From assembly GCF_006345805.1 (NCBI RefSeq), contig NC_042997.1:196230001-196294000 (forward strand): a stretch of DNA of 64,000 nucleotides. Direction: 5' to 3'. Below the pieces are notes generated by a model that saw only the letters and a list, made by a program, of their open reading frames with translations, was not told the DNA's origin and did not search any database. Source of the DNA: Octopus sinensis (taxonomy: Eukaryota). Below, piece by piece: positions 63,266 to 64,000 of this stretch. The translations under genes were made by a program, and so were the position numbers. The number at the start of each line of letters is the position of its first letter. The stretch's first letter is position 1.

Positions 63266-63671
63266 TCATATATATATATATATATACATACAATATTAGA
63301 TATGTACATATATACGCAAGGGTACTACATGAGTACCTATATCGCTAATTATAGAAGTCAGAAAATACTTCTGTACTACCGAAAAGTCACAAATCTATTA
63401 CAGACAAGATAGGAAAAATATCAGTGAACAATAATAATGTTTTACCTCAAATGGGTCAGAACAAGTAAATGCTGGTCAACTCGGTACCGGTTTCGAAATT
63501 TAGCGCCACCTAGACACGTGATTTCTCATCAGCCAAAGTCCGCCAGCTAAGTAACTACTAACATTCTCCTCCATCATGCCTGCGAAAGTTGTATGTATAT
63601 ATTTTATTAATTTGCCTGTACGGCTAATAATTCGCTTACCACTTGTGATGGTACTTAAAATATACCATCCC

Positions 63672-63746
<75 letters not shown>

Positions 63747-63915
63747 CGCAAGTGAAAGATGAATATACGACAATTATTATTCACAACAATTGTTTCGACA
63801 CACCTAGCATTGATCCCTCATGTGTGGGACACTCTACAACTGGTTCAGAAGCATCCGGCAGAATACATCCACTGGTTTTCAAAAATAGAAATATTATTTC
63901 TAATTCTCTCTACAG

Positions 63916-64000
63916 GAGACTACGGCAGCGGCACTGGATATTAATAGTCATCGCCAAGCTAACATGGCAGCCCAGAAAAATAGGGCGAATGCTGCCGTTG
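63916..64000 (+). CDS. Candidate exon running off the window end (ETTAAALDINSHRQANMAAQKNRANAAV...)
   Basis: Branch-like ttctaat, acceptor ttctctctacag, abrupt rise in GC, open in phase 0 to the window end. Confidence 0.6.

Overview
Eukaryotic, AT-rich, microsatellite-dense DNA. The SINE sequences and repeat landscape point to a cephalopod, most likely Octopus (inference from recalled family sequences, not a database search). There is no prokaryotic operon and no CRISPR array, and most ORFs in the six-frame track are translations of (TA)n, (CA)n, (ACAT)n or (ATT)n microsatellites. The window is mostly retroelements. It holds a 5'-truncated but nearly complete Tx1/L1-type ORF2 embedded in a (GATA)n tract (10.35-13.84 kb), CR1-group LINE 3' ends, R4/Dong-type restriction-like-endonuclease (RLE) LINE fragments and an RTE-like 3' end. 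There are about 30 copies of several modular tRNA-derived SINEs, labelled A-D here for convenience. It also holds three mariner remnants, a Tc1 remnant, Tigger-like ends, a Helentron-associated-type element, Penelope-like terminal repeats and a solitary 5S rRNA pseudogene. Scattered plus-strand exon candidates suggest all of this lies in the introns of one or more unidentified host genes. Four observations stand out. (1) Two SINE families share their 3' tails with LINEs present in the same window, one of them the Tx1-type LINE. (2) Several Penelope-like repeats carry minimal hammerhead-ribozyme motifs, often in inverted pairs, including an 86-bp-arm hairpin. (3) An exon-sized module with excess synonymous changes recurs at about 14.5-kb intervals. 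(4) SINE dimers and trimers inserted as single units bounded by one target-site duplication (TSD).
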